Part shown: positions 12,630-25,756 of the stretch, piece by piece
Layout of the letters: each line of letters starts with the position of its first letter
Numbering within the stretch: position 1 is the stretch's first letter
NCBI GenBank assembly: GCA_036172245.1
Contig: JAYWIR010000032.1
Coordinates: 1,984,001 to 2,048,000, forward strand
DNA: 64,000 nt
Source: Raillietiella orientalis
Taxonomy: Eukaryota
Direction: 5' to 3'
Notes under the pieces: model-generated
What the model was told of the DNA's origin: nothing
The model's database searches: none
The model's input: only the letters and a program-made list of their open reading frames with translations
Program-made: the position numbers and the translations under genes

Positions 12630-12869
12630 CGTTAGCGCTGCCGCCTCGCGACTGCTCCTGGCGAAAGCGCCGCCTCCCACCTGCTGCGGATGCTGCTTCT
12701 CCTCCTCCTCCTCCTCGTCGTCGTCCCCTTCATCCCCTTCCAGGCGTCCGGGAGCGTCTGGGGTCACCTCCTGCGCCGCCCGCCACTCAGCGCAGCGAAG
12801 GGATCTCAGAGACCGGTGCAGCACCAGCAGCTGCTGGAAGAGGTCGTCGTCCTTCTCGACCAACAGGAA
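12630..12869 (-). CDS. LURAP/FAM89-type leucine-repeat adaptor protein, internal exon
   Basis: Acceptor CCCTTTCCAG|TTC and donor ACG|GTGAGT; 240 nt, phase 0/0. Encodes FLLVEKDDDLFQQLLVLHRSLRSLR, which completes the LURAP-like motif begun in the upstream exon, then an acidic run. Confidence 0.8.
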
Positions 12870-13653
12870 CTGGAAAGGGTCAAGAACACAACTCCTCTCG
12901 GCGCACAGCTCGGGGAAGAAGGGGGGTGAGCCGTCTCATCCCTATTCCTGCGCTTACGCCCGCCGCGGGAAAGCCGCCGCTGCCACGAGATCCGCTTCGC
13001 TCCCACCGTAGCCAACGCCCGCCAGGCAGAGGCGCGCACGGAGGGGCTGCCCGCCCGCCTCCTAGGAGACGCGGCGCCCCGACGAGGGGAGGCAAGGGGC
13101 ACGCCGCGGAGACCATCTTTCCAGCTCGACCCTTTCCACCCCAGCCCACTGCCTCGCCGAGGGGGCCACTCGGCGTGTCCGCCGGCCCGCCGTCAGCGAA
13201 CGCTCGACGAGCGCGCGCGCGCGCGTGCGGGGAGCTTCCGGGAGCAGCGCGTTGGGCTGCTCTCGCGAGCGGTCGTGACCCGTTAAGAGACGCCGCCTCC
13301 GGGCGCGCGGCGGCGGCGGCGCCCAGCGACCGCCGCGCGGAAGTCCTCGCGGTGATCGCGTCGCAACGGGCGCCGTCGGCGTCCTCCCCAGTTCCTCCAG
13401 GGTAGCCCACGGGAGATCGGAGGAGGCAAGAGGCCCTCTGCCCCAGTCGTGCGGCCCTCCACGACGACCTGTTTCTTTCAGACCGTCCTCCAGTAGGGCC
13501 ACCGATGTTGCCCCTATGTCTCAGGACTCAAGGGGGAGAGATAGGGACCTGGGGGCCGTCTCGAGCGGCGGGCGTCTTTATGCACGACGGACTGACGGTA
13601 GCAGGTGTCGCTGTAGGGCGATCTCCCCGACTTACCTTCTTGACATGGAGGGA

Positions 13654-13893
13654 GGAATCTCGTCAGAACGACGCTGGTCGCTAGACGCAGCTTGCACCGA
13701 CAAGGGAAAACGTGCGTTTCCATGGTCAGGGGAACCTCGCCGGAATGACGCTCGTCTCCTAGGGGACGCGTGCGTCTCCAAAAAAAGAGGAGCTCTGGAG
13801 GCCCGCATCTCCGACCAGGACGCGAGCTTCGTCGGACGAGACTCGTTGCCAAGGAAAAAGGGAACCTCGCCGGAACGACGCCCGCCTCCTAGG
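13654..13893. repeat. Degenerate ~33-bp interspersed minisatellite in an intron
   Basis: GGAACCTCGCCGGAA(T/C)GACGC(T/C)CG(T/C)CTCCTAGG at 13731 and 13861, with more diverged copies near 13654 and 13823. Confidence 0.7.
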
Positions 13894-15099
13894 GAAGGGG
13901 TGAGTCGCCATAGCGAGGCGCGCCTCGCCCAGAGGAGGCGGATCCCATGACAGGGAAGGAGAGGAGGCATGTCGCCATAGGACCGCGAGATGTCGCTCGT
14001 CGCGCGCGGTTGGACGGTCCGAGACGGCGTTTGGTCGCGCGAGCACCCCGCGGCGGTTCCCGGGTGACCTCTCGCAGACTGGGGACGGGTCGAAGAGGGT
14101 GGGGGTGCGCACTGGAGCAGAAAGGCCCTGCCGGGATGCGGACGGATCGCTGTCCTGGAGAGGTTGGACGCAGACGGCGCCAATCCTCCCTGGATGCTGG
14201 GTTCGTTGCAGAGGAGAATCCCGGTGACCTCCCAGCGCCGTTGCTCCTGAGAGGGTCATCACCGACCCACCGCCACATCTCCCCTCAAGGCGATGCACGG
14301 GCGCGGAGCGTGGGGGTGCCCTCCTTATCAATTCGATTCGCCGATGTCGGCGACTCGTGACACCCAAAGCAGCCACGCCAGATGCCCTGCGGGCAGCGGG
14401 ACGGTCCTGCGGTTCACTTGAGGAAGGGGAGGGGGGGGGGAGAAGAAACCCTTTGGGCTAAGCACGCTGATCTCGGACTGGCCCTCTTCGCGCCTTTTGG
14501 AGCCATGACCTCGACGTACGGCAGGCAGGGCTATCCCCGGAGGGAGGGACGGGACGACGCACAATCCCACCGGATACTGGTGACTTCCGGAATAACCAAC
14601 CGCTTCGGGACAGCTGGAAGCAACTGGAGCACCTCCGGCAGTTGCCAGGAGGCACGGTGGCTGATCAGCCTCCGAAAGGTCAGCCACCGTTCCCGAGCCA
14701 GAGGAAGTGACACGAGAAGGGAGGGTGACTCTTCGACTTCCAACCACCAGGAAAGAAGACGCACCCTTCGCCGCCGCTATCCCGCGCGCCACCCCAGGGA
14801 AGAGCCCGCCTCCGCTCCCTGCGACCGCGAAGGGGCGCTCGCGAAACGTTGACATTGGGACCGGCCAGCTGTCAAGGAGAAAGGGGCAAGCCTCCCGCGA
14901 TGACGACGGGCCGGACGCACCGGGTCGCCTGAGGAGCGAATCGCCGATCTTTCACGCTCCGTTCGTGCCGGGCGACACCTCGCGCGCCGCTCCATCACTC
15001 TCCGCGACATTATCTTGACGTCAGAAAAGGAGGAAGGGGGGGATCATTTGGCCCCGGAGCCGGCTGCGCGCGCGGCCACCATTCGCTCCACTGTAATTT

Positions 15100-15580
15100 T
15101 GAGGAGACAAGAAATAGGTACGGAGGGAGCAGAAAGAGAGAGGGAAACGAGAGGGAACGGCGGAGTGGGAATGGAAGCCATGGAGGAGGTGGAAGAGGCG
15201 GAGGGAGAATGGAGGAAGTGGAGGAAGATTGGAAAAAAAGGAAAGATGGAAAAGGTGGATGAGGAAGAGGGGGATTGGAAGAGGAAGGGGAGGAGGATTG
15301 GAAGAGAAAGAAGAATGGAGAAAGCGGAGGAGGAATGGAGGAGGAAAGGAGGGATTGGAAGAGGATGAGGAGGAGAAGGGGAAGAAGAAAAAAGAGAATG
15401 GGGAAACGAAGAAGAAAGAATGGAAGAGAAGAAATGAAGGAAAAGCTTTGAAGAGGAGGAAGGGGAGGACTGAAAGAGGAAGAATGGAGGAAGTTGGGGA
15501 GAGCTGGAAGAGGAGGAAGAGGAAAAGAGGAAGAGAGGAAGAAACGGACAGAAAGGGTTAAGCTACAGGAGAGGAAGGGT
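15100..15580. repeat. Long purine-rich (GGA/GAA) low-complexity tract in an intron
   Basis: About 480 nt of nearly continuous G/A. Confidence 0.9.
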
Positions 15581-16097
15581 GGCGGCATGGCGGGCGCAAG
15601 GGCAACAGAACGGCGTGTTGTAGTCCGTCTGTTCCTCCGGGAGACTATCGAAATCGGACTGTCCGCGCTCTCGAGTGCCCGGTCCTCCATCAGGAAACAC
15701 CGGTCCCGGGGACCTCATAGAGCGATGGGACGCTGGGCAGAAGCGGCTGCAGCAGCGCGGTACGGGCAGGCCGGAGAGTGCCGACCTCCAGGAGGGAGGG
15801 AGGAGACAGGATGCGCGGTGTCGTTAGTGGCGCACAGGAAGTGGCTGGTGAGAGGAAGTGGAGGAGACGAGTGTTCCCGTGCGGTTTTGCTGTCGGGCTA
15901 TGGCGGGGCTCGAGGGAGAAGGACGAGGCGACCTCCGGGTCCAAGCGCAGAGCGCCGCAGGCGGACGAAGACGGGCGCGCCCCCGTCCTCAGTCAGACGG
16001 GGGCATATCCGTCTCCCCTCCTCCTCCGACCCACCCACGCCCCTCCCCGAAAGCGAAAAGGAGGTAGGGGAGGGAGGAAGAAGGGAAAAAAACTTAC

Positions 16098-16550
16098 AAC
16101 TTCCTCCCGCAACCTCTGCAGCTTTTGCTCGATGGAGGCACCGCTGGAGATGACGCGGCTGACTGACGTCTTCTTCTGCACCCACTGCTTCCTCCTGCTG
16201 CGGAAGAACTCCTTCAGCTTCTCATCCTCGGCCACCCTTCTGAGATCCTGCGCCAGCTGGGCGCCGAACTCCTTCCAGCGCCACCTGTCGGCCGCGTCGT
16301 CTCCGGCGCTGACCAGGGACCCGTACCCGTCCGAGTCCGCGTCGGAGGGCAGGTCCGTGTGCGTCGGGAACGCGCCCCCGGAGGACACGGAGCTGAGGGA
16401 GTGCCTCCGATCGGGGGACGGGAAGGCGCGCACGTCCTTTCCGGGGACCTTCACGGAGATGACGTTGGAGTCGTTGGCGCCTCTGAACGGCAGGCTGCCG
16501 TACGAGGATTCCCCGTCCTCGGCGGCAACGGCGGTGTCTTCGACGACCAT
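16098..16550 (-). CDS. LURAP/FAM89-type leucine-repeat adaptor protein, large coding exon
   Basis: Polypyrimidine tract then CCCCAAG-CACAG|ATG; donor GTT|GTAAGT at 16098/16097; 453 nt, phase 0. Encodes MVVEDTAV...SSGASIEQKLQRLREEV. Splicing to the next exon gives IEQKLQRLREEVFLLVEKDDDLFQQLLVLHRSLRSLR, which fits the LURAP pattern from memory (KLxxLRxEMxxLxxxDxxLxxQLxxLxxSIxxL). Confidence 0.8.
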
Positions 16551-18349
16551 CTGTGCTTGGGGATGGAGAGGGAGGGGTGGGGTGGGTGGTGGGACGGAGG
16601 TCAGCACTGTCGGAAGGTCTGCAAGAAACCAAGCGTATCAGCGCGCGCGTCGAGGAGCGTGAAGGGAGAGGAGCGGAGAGACCAACTGCGGCGTTTCCAT
16701 GGAAGCGCCATCGTGCACCTCGCGAAAGTGAAGAGGAAAAAAAAAGAAAAAAGAAAAAAAAAAGCTGGGGAAAAGAACGATCTAACGACCCCTGTAATTG
16801 CCCGATGGCTCCGATTTCATGACTGCTCCAGTAAGGAAGGCCGAAGAGCGGTCCGCGGATGCTGCGATCGGATATCGTCCGAAGGAGATCAACGCGGCGC
16901 GTTCGTGACCCACAATGCCGCGGCGGAGACAGGCACTGTGTCAAGATGTCAGCGGTTTCTGCTTTGAGGCGAGCCGACGGTTTTCCGAGGTCCTGAGGCT
17001 CTCGTTAATAAAATGGTCCAGAGCGTGATGCAGGTACGCGGAAACGGAACTCGGGGCTGATCCACGCGAGGAGGATCACGCGCTCGCCGCCACCCGGCGC
17101 TCGGGCAGACGGCAGCACCGGAGCTGAGCCGCTCTCGGATCCACGCGATCTCTGATCTGGGTTGCCGGGCGACACGCGCCGCGGCGCGCTCTTTCGGCTT
17201 TGCGAGAACTCGTCCCGGCCCGGAACGCGTCCTCCTACCCTGTCCACCTGCGGCCAAGGACCAGAGGCTTCCGTCCCGAACCCATACAGCGGAGCAGCGC
17301 ATGCGCAGTGACGCACCTGCCGGGGCCCACCCACTCGTCCGCGCTGCAAATCCGCCGCGGTCCAAACGGCCAAAACCAGCAGCACGTGCGGAAGGATCCA
17401 CGTATCCACTATGCCGGTGACAGTGATCAGTGCCGAAGAAACGGTAATAATAAGAGCGAGGGAATCCACTAACCCATCATGTCGGCCCCAGTGATGCACT
17501 GAGGGAAATAGAGGGATGCGTGCTGGGAAGACTACAAATCCATCGCAGGAGAGCGACCGCCAGTCCACAGAGTCGACCGCCGTCACTGACCATAGTGGTG
17601 GTCCGGCTGCTACGTACGGCATTGCGGTGACCCTGGACGCGGTCGGTCTCCGGCAACGAGAGCGCGTGCCGCGGCGCAGAGTCCCGTCCCACCTGTCCTG
17701 AGGGCCATGCAGCTGGGTAGCCACTGGAAGTTGTCCAGAATCCCAGCTTCCCATCGTTTGCCCCGGGCAGCTCTCTGCGAGCCACCGCGCAGCCGTCCGT
17801 CCGGGGTTGCACGGTCGAGAACACGCCGCAGGGGCAGCGCCGTTGTTGAGGCTGGACACGTCCCGGTAGTGCACGGGAGGAGTCACGGAAGACTTTCTTC
17901 CTCCTCCGACGCCGTTGGACTCGGAGGATCCTGCCTGCTTCTCCCGCCCGCCTGAGGAGCGCCGGTGGAAGCAGAAGCAGCGGAAAGAAGAGGCGAGGAC
18001 GGGGGACTTGCCACCTTTCCTCCTGGGAGGGGGGGGGAACAAGCTGGCAGGTCCTCCACCGCATCCCGAGGGAGCGAGGTACTGCCGCAGCTCGCGTCCA
18101 ACAGGGGGTCTGCGTGCAGCCGGGAGAAGGGGCGCGTCTTGCTGCTCCTCCCACCCGTTCTGGGTGCCACCTAGCAGGCATCTCCCTTCTGATCATCATC
18201 CCAGCATCTGTCTCCAGGGAAACCGAGGAATGGAACCAGGACACTTCCCGGGACGCAGATGATTCTCTCCCCGTGGATGGGGCTGCTTCGGTCTCCGCGC
18301 ACTGAGTCGCTTCGGCGGCGGGTGCCACGCTTCCCGGGAAGACATGGAG

Positions 18350-18480
18350 GGACAGGAAGGAAGGAAAGGAGAGAGGAAAGAGGAATAGGAGAGGGAAGGA
18401 AGAAGGGAGGAGGAGAGGGAAGATAGAAAAGAGGAGGGAAGAGGGAGGAGGAGGAGGAGAAAGGAAGGAAAGGACGAAGA
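18350..18480. repeat. Purine-rich low-complexity tract
   Basis: GGA/GGAA-rich run. Confidence 0.85.
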
Positions 18481-20082
18481 CCACTCCGCTGTCCGGCCAG
18501 ACCCTTCCTGTGTGTCCCCGGCCATCCCAGCCGCACGCGCACCAGCCCAGAGAGACGGCGTCGCTCTCGTCGTTGGTCTCCAGGAGGCAGAGCTCCTATC
18601 CTTCCCTCCCCCTCCCCTTCCCTTTTCCCTCTGTTCCACGCCCGGTAGGTGATCGCGGGACCACAGGAACGCGCGTGCACCGGAGCAGCAGCTCACCGCA
18701 GGTGTCTCAAGGCTCAGCCAGTCCCCGAAAGGGACGGGTGCACCCGAGGGGGCGCTCCAGAGCGCGCGCGCTCTCGGAGAACGCGGGAAGCAGCGTCGCT
18801 GCGGGCGAGTTACCCGCGGCAACTCCTCCCTTGGGAGCGAATGAGCCAGCATCCGGAGTTCCCATCCAACGCGCGGGAAGACCCTGGGATGGAACCGCTA
18901 GCACCGGCTTTCGGAAACGCTGGCTGGAAGAAGGGCCGGATCCGATCCCGAAATTCCCTGCCGTGCAATGTCCCGCGAAAGGGGTCGAAACGTGACGGGT
19001 ACGAGACATCAGAGGGGGGAGGGAGGAGGCCGCAAAGGGAGAGGACGAAACTGACCTTCGGCAGGGTTCCCCTCGACGGGGTTCCCCTCGGCAGATGGTC
19101 CGGACGGGAGTCCTCCTCCTCCTGGACGCGGGAAGCGGGACAGCAGCTGCGACCGGGTCGCTTCACTCCGACCAGCGCGATGGGCTGCCGTGGCACGCAC
19201 TGCCGCGTCGCCTCGACAGCCGCGGCTTCCCATCGAGAGCGCTCCATCGAGGGGGAGAGGCGGGGGCGTGGAGGGGATTGGAGAGAGGGAAGGGGGAGAG
19301 GGGAGAGAGAGCACGAGCGCGCGCGCGCGCTGCCGGTGCGTCGCGGCGTCGCGCTGGTAACGGGCTTTCGAGGTCAGAGCCGATCGCCGCCCGCGAGCGC
19401 GCGCGGAACGGACGGACGGGCCTGCGGCGGGCGTCCGGCCTCCGCGTGCGCGAACCCACCCGGGAGGGGAGGGAGGCGAGGGGAGGAAGACCCTCCTGGA
19501 GAGGTTCGGGGATCCTCTGAGGGAAGAGCATTGCGGATGGACTCGCGGCGGAGCAAGAGAAACACGCCGTGGGGGGAAGGAAGACCGCCCCGGGGGAAGA
19601 GGTCGCGGTACAGAGCGTTGGTGGGGCCACGTGGCTTCCTCCTTTCCCTTCTACGGGACGCGGGAGGGCGGCCCGCCGCTCGGGGTCGTCCCCGGCGACG
19701 CCTGGATCCCCCCCTAGGGAGCGCGCGGCGTCGGCGTGGCACAACGTCGGGGAGGCTGCTCGGTGCGAGGACGACGCGGGCGACACGCGTCCAGGCAGCC
19801 GCCGCCGCCGCCGCCATCTCCGACAGCCCCGCCGCCGCGCGGTCCCGCGGAGAAGTCCCGTTAGGGCGATCTCCGTCCGTTTGCCAGGGAAAGACCGAAC
19901 ACCCGTCTGCCCGCTGCAGGGAGGCACGGGACGCATGCGGGCACCTGCGTCTGGGCACGCCCTTCATGTACACAAAAGGCGTGCACACACGAAGCTGTCG
20001 AGAACCACGTGCAACGCACGTGTACAACATGGGGTTTACCACCGCGAACCTCGGGCGCAGAGGAGGACGGCGTGCTGCTCAC

Positions 20083-20252
20083 TCGTACTGTACCAAAACT
20101 CCAGACGCAGGGGAGGGCGATGTGCAACGTCCGTGCGCTACGGGATGCACCTCTGCAAGCTCCGCATGTGTACTCCTCAGTGCACGGAAGAGGTGAGGCG
20201 GCCTACAGCTCAACCGTACTCTACGAAAACTCCAGACGCAGGGAAGACGGCG
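20083..20252. repeat. Local direct duplication of a ~35-bp motif
   Basis: CGTACTGTACCAAAACTCCAGACGCAGGGA near 20083 and CGTACTCTACGAAAACTCCAGACGCAGGGA near 20215. Confidence 0.75.
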
Positions 20253-21569
20253 TACAAGTGCACGTACAAAACGAGACCGTACAATGCCGACCTCTAGGAA
20301 TGCACCGAGTGCATGAACACATCACATGTTTGAGTTGTGCCCTGAAGAGAAGTGACCGGGCTCACACCTCGCGTGCGGTAATTCCCCACCACCCGGGCTT
20401 CGATTCTGCAGGCCAGGCGATACCTTGTGGGTGCGCGGGGCTCCCAGTCCGGCGGTCGCATCTCGGGCTGTCGGTGGCTGGGAGCAAACTCCCTTCGTCG
20501 GCAGCAGTCGCTCTGTTAGACGCGTGACCTGCGGGCGCGGCTCGGAGCCCAAACAACCGCGTCCGCCTCGGAAGCAGCCCCTTCTTCGGGTTGATGGAGG
20601 CGGAGGGAGCGAAGGGAGAGCGTCGAGGGGTCAGCGGAGCTCGGGTGGAACAGTCTGGCGGCGCAGCGCCTCCCTGCGGCCGGCTTTCCAGCCAGAAAGT
20701 GAAGATGGGCGCGTGCGACGCATGTGGCTGAGCACGCACGGATGGTTGCTGAAGCAGAGCTCCAGTTCTTCTACCTTCCGTCTTCCCGAATTCAGGAGAG
20801 GTCTGGAAGCCTTCAGGCTAGAATGCTTTGGGGTGGCCAGCTCCTCCTCCTTGTTGGAGTTCTGGGCAGTTCCATGGCTTCCGCCCTCAGACCGAGGATG
20901 CGTTCAGCGCTCCCTCATCCCGTTTCCGGTTCCTGCGGTAGTGGAAATTCCCGTCTACTCTAGAGTTCTCACTGACCTCTTGAGAAGCTTGCCAATCCCT
21001 TCCCTTTGGCAAAAAAGGGAACTTTTCCGAGATGGGCCATGTTGCTGGACGATTCCTCTCTCCTCCTCCGGTTTCCGTCTTCTGGAAAGGAGCTCCTTGT
21101 AAGGGCGGAACTTGGGAGCTCCACTCTGGAAGGAGACTGTCTCCCTCATCTGCCCACAAGCGCATCCTGCGGTGTCGAAAAGGGAACAAGCAAGTTTGCT
21201 CTTTACAGTGCATTCATTGCAAGAGGATTCGAGAACAAAAGTTCCACCTGCCGCCTCTGGAACGCCTTCTTCGGTCCTCTTTTTCTTCGCACATCGCCTC
21301 CTTCACGTGGGTGCACCCCGGTGGCTGCGAAGAGCGGTGCAACGGTCCTGCTCCTCCCTTGAAGCGCACTGAACCAACTGGTGCTTTGCGACCCACCCAG
21401 TAGCGACAAGAAGAGATGCTCCCACGGGCAAGCGGCACGTTCGTGTTCGCTTCCCTCTTCTCACCAGCCACCCGGTGGACCAACGTTCAGTGGACACAGA
21501 GAGCAGCCAAGGCAGCAGCCTGCCAAGCAGCCGCAGATTGCGGGCAAAGCAGGCACCTGGCTGTCCCCT

Positions 21570-21822
21570 TCTCTCTTGATTTCTTCTCATCTCCTTCCTC
21601 ACCCCACATTCGTCTTCTTCCAATTCTCCTCTTCACTCTTCCTCCTCCTTCACCCTTTCTCCTCGTCTCTTCCTCCTTTTCCATTCTTCTTTTATTTCTA
21701 TTCCTCCCTTCCTCATCCTTTCCTTCACCTCTCTTCCTCCTCTTCCACCCTTTCTCCTCCATTTCCTCCTCTTCCATTCGTTCTTCTCCATTGCTGCTCT
21801 TCCATTCCTCCTCTTCCTTGAT
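21570..21822. repeat. Pyrimidine-rich low-complexity tract
   Basis: C/T-rich run ending just before an AG acceptor-like site near 21839. Confidence 0.85.
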
Positions 21823-22889
21823 ATCTTTCCCCAATGCAGTCATGGTCTTCACGTGGAAGAAGGAAGCTCTCAAGAGACAAGGAACTGATAACTGCTGAGC
21901 TTCGCGCCGAGACTCGCTAACCTTGGACAGAGCGCTTCCTGTGTCTGCAAGATACTGCTCGGTGGCTCACCTCTGTCGGAGAATGGTCTTCCTGACTTCT
22001 CGCGGGAGTAGCTCCGGTCTTTGCTCCCCGGCACCACAAAGGAGGTCGCTCCTGGAGGATGGATACTGAAAGCTTTTTTTTTTTTTTTTACCCCTCCTCG
22101 TGGCAGCCTGGAAACGCCTGCGTCTCGTAAAAAAAAAAAAATTCCGCGGATGCATGGGGACGCCGCCTCGTTCCCGAAACCTCCCCTAAGGTCCCACGTG
22201 GTCGACGGTCGCTCCCCAGAAGAAAGAAATCGCGGAGGTGCGTGGCGAAGCGGACAGGGCTGGCCACGCCCCTCGTCAGCTCCATGCTGCCTGCCACTCT
22301 GCTTTGTTCCACCTTTAGGTGCTCCCGGACAGGCGAAGACGCTCGCCGAGTGTCTTCAAGGTTAATGAAGAGATTGGAGAGCTCGAATTGCTGCGGTTCC
22401 AATTTAAAGCGATTTCCTCTTCTTAATGGGGGATGCGTGGCCTTGAGCTTTCACAGGAAGCACTCCAAGTGTGAAGACTGAACAGCTGCGGTGCCAAGCA
22501 GCCCGTCTGTTGGATGCCGGGCGCCGAGGTCTGCCGGCGAGCAGGCGAGGCGAACCACTGGAGATCCCGGCCCACGACGACGGCGCTTCCCCGAGCCTAA
22601 GTGACCGTCGCGGGCCTGCGAGACGGCGGGAGGCGGTCACCTGCTCCTCCAGCAGTGGGAGACTTCCGGACGGGAGGGAATCGCAGCCAGCACGCGTTCC
22701 GACTTTCGCCCCGAGCGGAAGACGGGAACGCAGAGCGCACTGCGTCGCCCCCACCGCACAGGGGTCCTCCGCGCGCGTGAGAGTTGAAAGTCCCCGGCGT
22801 GCGGACCCGCCTCTCGATCTCCGCTTCCTCTCCTCCTTCCCCGCCTTCGGCTCGAGACTCGGCCGCTCTCGGATTAGCCGCGATTTCTC

Positions 22890-23520
22890 CTGAAGGAATC
22901 GGCTCCTCCCAATTAAAGCTCGATAAAGTGGTGACCGGATGCCCGGCAGACGCGAGAGATCCGACGGACGGGAGATGATGGGAATCAGAGATCACTGGGA
23001 AGGGGAGGGGGTGAATTCCTTCCTCGAACGCGCCCACCGGTTTCCCGTTTCCGAGGCGACCGGGTACTCGGGCTGATTGTTCCGCTTGTATTCCTCCTTC
23101 GAGGACCGCCTATCCCCCAAGAATTCTGCGCAGCTGCCTACGATGCTGGATGCTGCGAATGTCTATGATTTTATCTCGTTTTCTTTTTTCCTTTTTTTTT
23201 TCCTCCCCCCTCCCGTCCTTTTCCCCTTCTTAGCGTCTCTCGGTAGGAGGCTGACGGAAGACGAGCGTCCTCGTGTGCTGATGCAGATGGCGGAAAGTGG
23301 AGCACAAGGGGATTCCTCTTTCGAGCGTACGCGAGAAGTTGAACGATCCGGTTCAACTTTCCCTGCGAGTAAGTCACATCGTTAACTTGGAGCTCGCGAT
23401 TGCATGACGGTTGTCATGGAACTTCGTCTCCTTTGTCAGCATCCTCTTCCCCTTCCCTGCGCTCCCAAGACCGAATGATGCACCTGGATTTCCTGCTTTA
23501 CGTACTCCAGGAGAGGCTCC
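22890..23520 (+). pseudogene. Probable degenerate RASSF1/3/5-like (RA plus SARAH) gene relic with retained introns
   Basis: GIGSSQLKLDKVVT (cf. GFIKVQLKLVRPVS) and LFRLYSSFED (cf. FALFE). Exon 23234-23368 (TTAG|...|GTAAGT, 135 nt) reads SLGRRLTEDERPRVLMQMAESGAQGDSSFERTREVERSG (cf. LRKLLDDEQPLRLRLLAGPSDKALSFVLKENDSG). It splices in phase to 23470, NRMMHLDFLLYVLQER (cf. FSMPELHNFLRILQRE). In-frame stops lie upstream. Comparisons are to human RASSF1 recalled from memory. Confidence 0.5.
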
Positions 23521-25756
23521 CCACGCTGGCAAAGCCCGCTCCCTGGAACCGTCAATGGCTGCCTATCTGGAAGATTTGCTCGCATCCGCCTCCGTTTCCA
23601 GGTGTAACGTTGGCTGCGGGTATCGTTTCTAGTGCATCGCACGCGCGCAAAGTGCAGGAACATGGGATTTTAGAGAAGTATCAGCCTCCCATCCCGATGC
23701 ACCGAATATCATGCAGCGATCTCCGTATGGACCACTGCCGGTGGTCACGCGTTCAACGTGAAGGAAGGGGGAATCGCTCTTGCGACGCATCCAGCACCTC
23801 TCCGAACGCTGTCCGTTACCGGGCTTCTGGAGCTGGGAGGGATTTTTCCGTCTCCCTTTTCTTCCGGAGCAAGGATCCGCTCCTTGATACAGACTTTCTC
23901 CAGGTACAGCTAACCTGTCTGCCAAAACGCGTTCTTCCTGTATGAGGGGCGCTCGGCGGCGCTTCCAGGTGCGCTCTCCGAGGCAGAGAACCTCTCTTCC
24001 GTGTTCGAGTGGACCATCTACCCCCGGGAAAAAAACGCGTCCAACGTTCATCAAGTCGTGCGCTGATGCGAAGTCGCCGTCGGAGCAGCTGTTCCTGTGG
24101 GTCCGTTGCTAAGCCACGTGAAGGTGCCGCGACCTCTGCCGTCTCTTTTTGCCTTCGGCTGGCAATCACCAAGATGCCACGACCACTCGAGCAGCACCAA
24201 GGATCGCGCGCTACGGGGTGCGTCAGAGCAGGTGCTCCGCGCGACGGTGGGGGACCGCCATTGCCCTGAGAAGCCTCGGACACTGAGGAGGGGAAAGCAG
24301 AATCGTTGGTCCGCCTTCCTCGGAGATGCGCATACCCGCTTCGGCAGGGGGCGACCTCCTGACCTCCAAGGAAAGAAGGCAGCCGGGCTGGGACGCTGCC
24401 AGGAATCGCGGCGCTCCCGAAGCTCTCGGAATTCCGGGACCGCGTGGGTGAGCCTCGAGCCATCCCGTCCGGTCCTGTCAACGCTTCTGGCCGCTCCGTG
24501 GTTTGCCTGTTTTTGCTGTTGGTTCGCGCGCGCTTCCGCGAAAGTCCGAGGAGCCCGGTTGCGCAACCCCAGAACCACTCTCTTGAGCGTCCCTCCTCTT
24601 GCAAAACAGGCTAATTGATTCACTGCTTCTTGCATGAGAAACGGGGGGAGAGGGGGGGAGTAAGAAAAGAAAGGAAGGAAGGAAGAGGACGCTTCTGGAA
24701 GGTCGGCCGGCGCCGTTCGTTCGAGATAAACGAAGCAATCGCTCCGGGAGTCCGGCCAGCCGGGAACGAGTAACGCGCGAGAGGGAGGGAAAGGCGACTG
24801 CACCCGAGGTCTTCCTCCCGGCTCGATGGAGTGCTGGGAGAGCGGGCGTTGGGCGCGACTTCCATTGTTACGGCACTTCTTCCCATTCTCACTCCCCCTC
24901 CTCCGCCTATCCTTTCCTTCCTGCTTCTCCCTCATTCCTTGGGAAAGGACATACTCCGAGGTGAGCGGTCCTATGGGAGCGGCCCGCCAGTCCCGTGGAA
25001 CGCAAACGCACCCCGTGGGGTTTTCAGGGAACCAGGCAGCCGGGAGCGGCCCATGGCGGCGTTCGCTGCTTCCGCTGACGGGCGGCGCTGGGATCGGAGG
25101 CACGACATCCGGAGGGGACGAGAAGTCAATTCGTAATTGCAGGGCGAGGGGGCAGGGAAGGGAGCAGGTCCGGAGGCTGACCGGCCAGGCCAGGAAAGCG
25201 ATGGAGCCGCCCTTCCGGGCATTTCCGCGTCGGGCCCCTGAGAAGCGGGTTTGGCAACCGTGTTTGCGTCGTGATTTATTCCGGGCAGAAGGACCCAAAC
25301 AGATCCGAGCCAAGAAGGCTGGGTCCACGCGGCTCCAGAACTCTCCGCGAAACTTTCATCTCGCGCGCCCGCCCGCCGCCCTTTTCCTCCGCGGCGGACC
25401 AGCGAGGCGGCCGAAAGGAAAGTCTCTCGCGCGCTTTTTGCGTTTCCAACGCCCCCTCCTCCCACTCCGGTTGCGAAAGAAGAAGCCGGGAAAAGAGCGG
25501 CCTCCGAAAAACCACTATCCCCTTCGCGCCCAGGGCGGCACTGCGGCCCTCCGGTCGAGTAGACGCAACGCCCGGCTGCCCTTCTCGCCCTGTGGCTCCC
25601 CGCGCGGGGCTCCGCGCGGAGCGAACTGCTGGCACGGAAGCCGTCCGGCAAGGGGTGGAAAGTTCTTCGGCGTGGATCGCCTCGCGGTCAGCGACGCTTT
25701 CTGCCGACGGCACCGCGGGGCCGCCGTCATCCAGATCACCGTGACGGGAACGTTAC

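Noticed and set aside
13630..13646. Strong minus-strand donor AAG|GTAAGT inside the adaptor gene intron as an extra coding exon
   Set aside because: The phase-0 frame upstream has nearby stops and no start or clear acceptor; a non-coding alternative exon cannot be excluded.
13654..13893. Repeat-spacer appearance suggesting CRISPR
   Set aside because: Few degenerate units, irregular spacing, a eukaryotic intron context and no cas genes.
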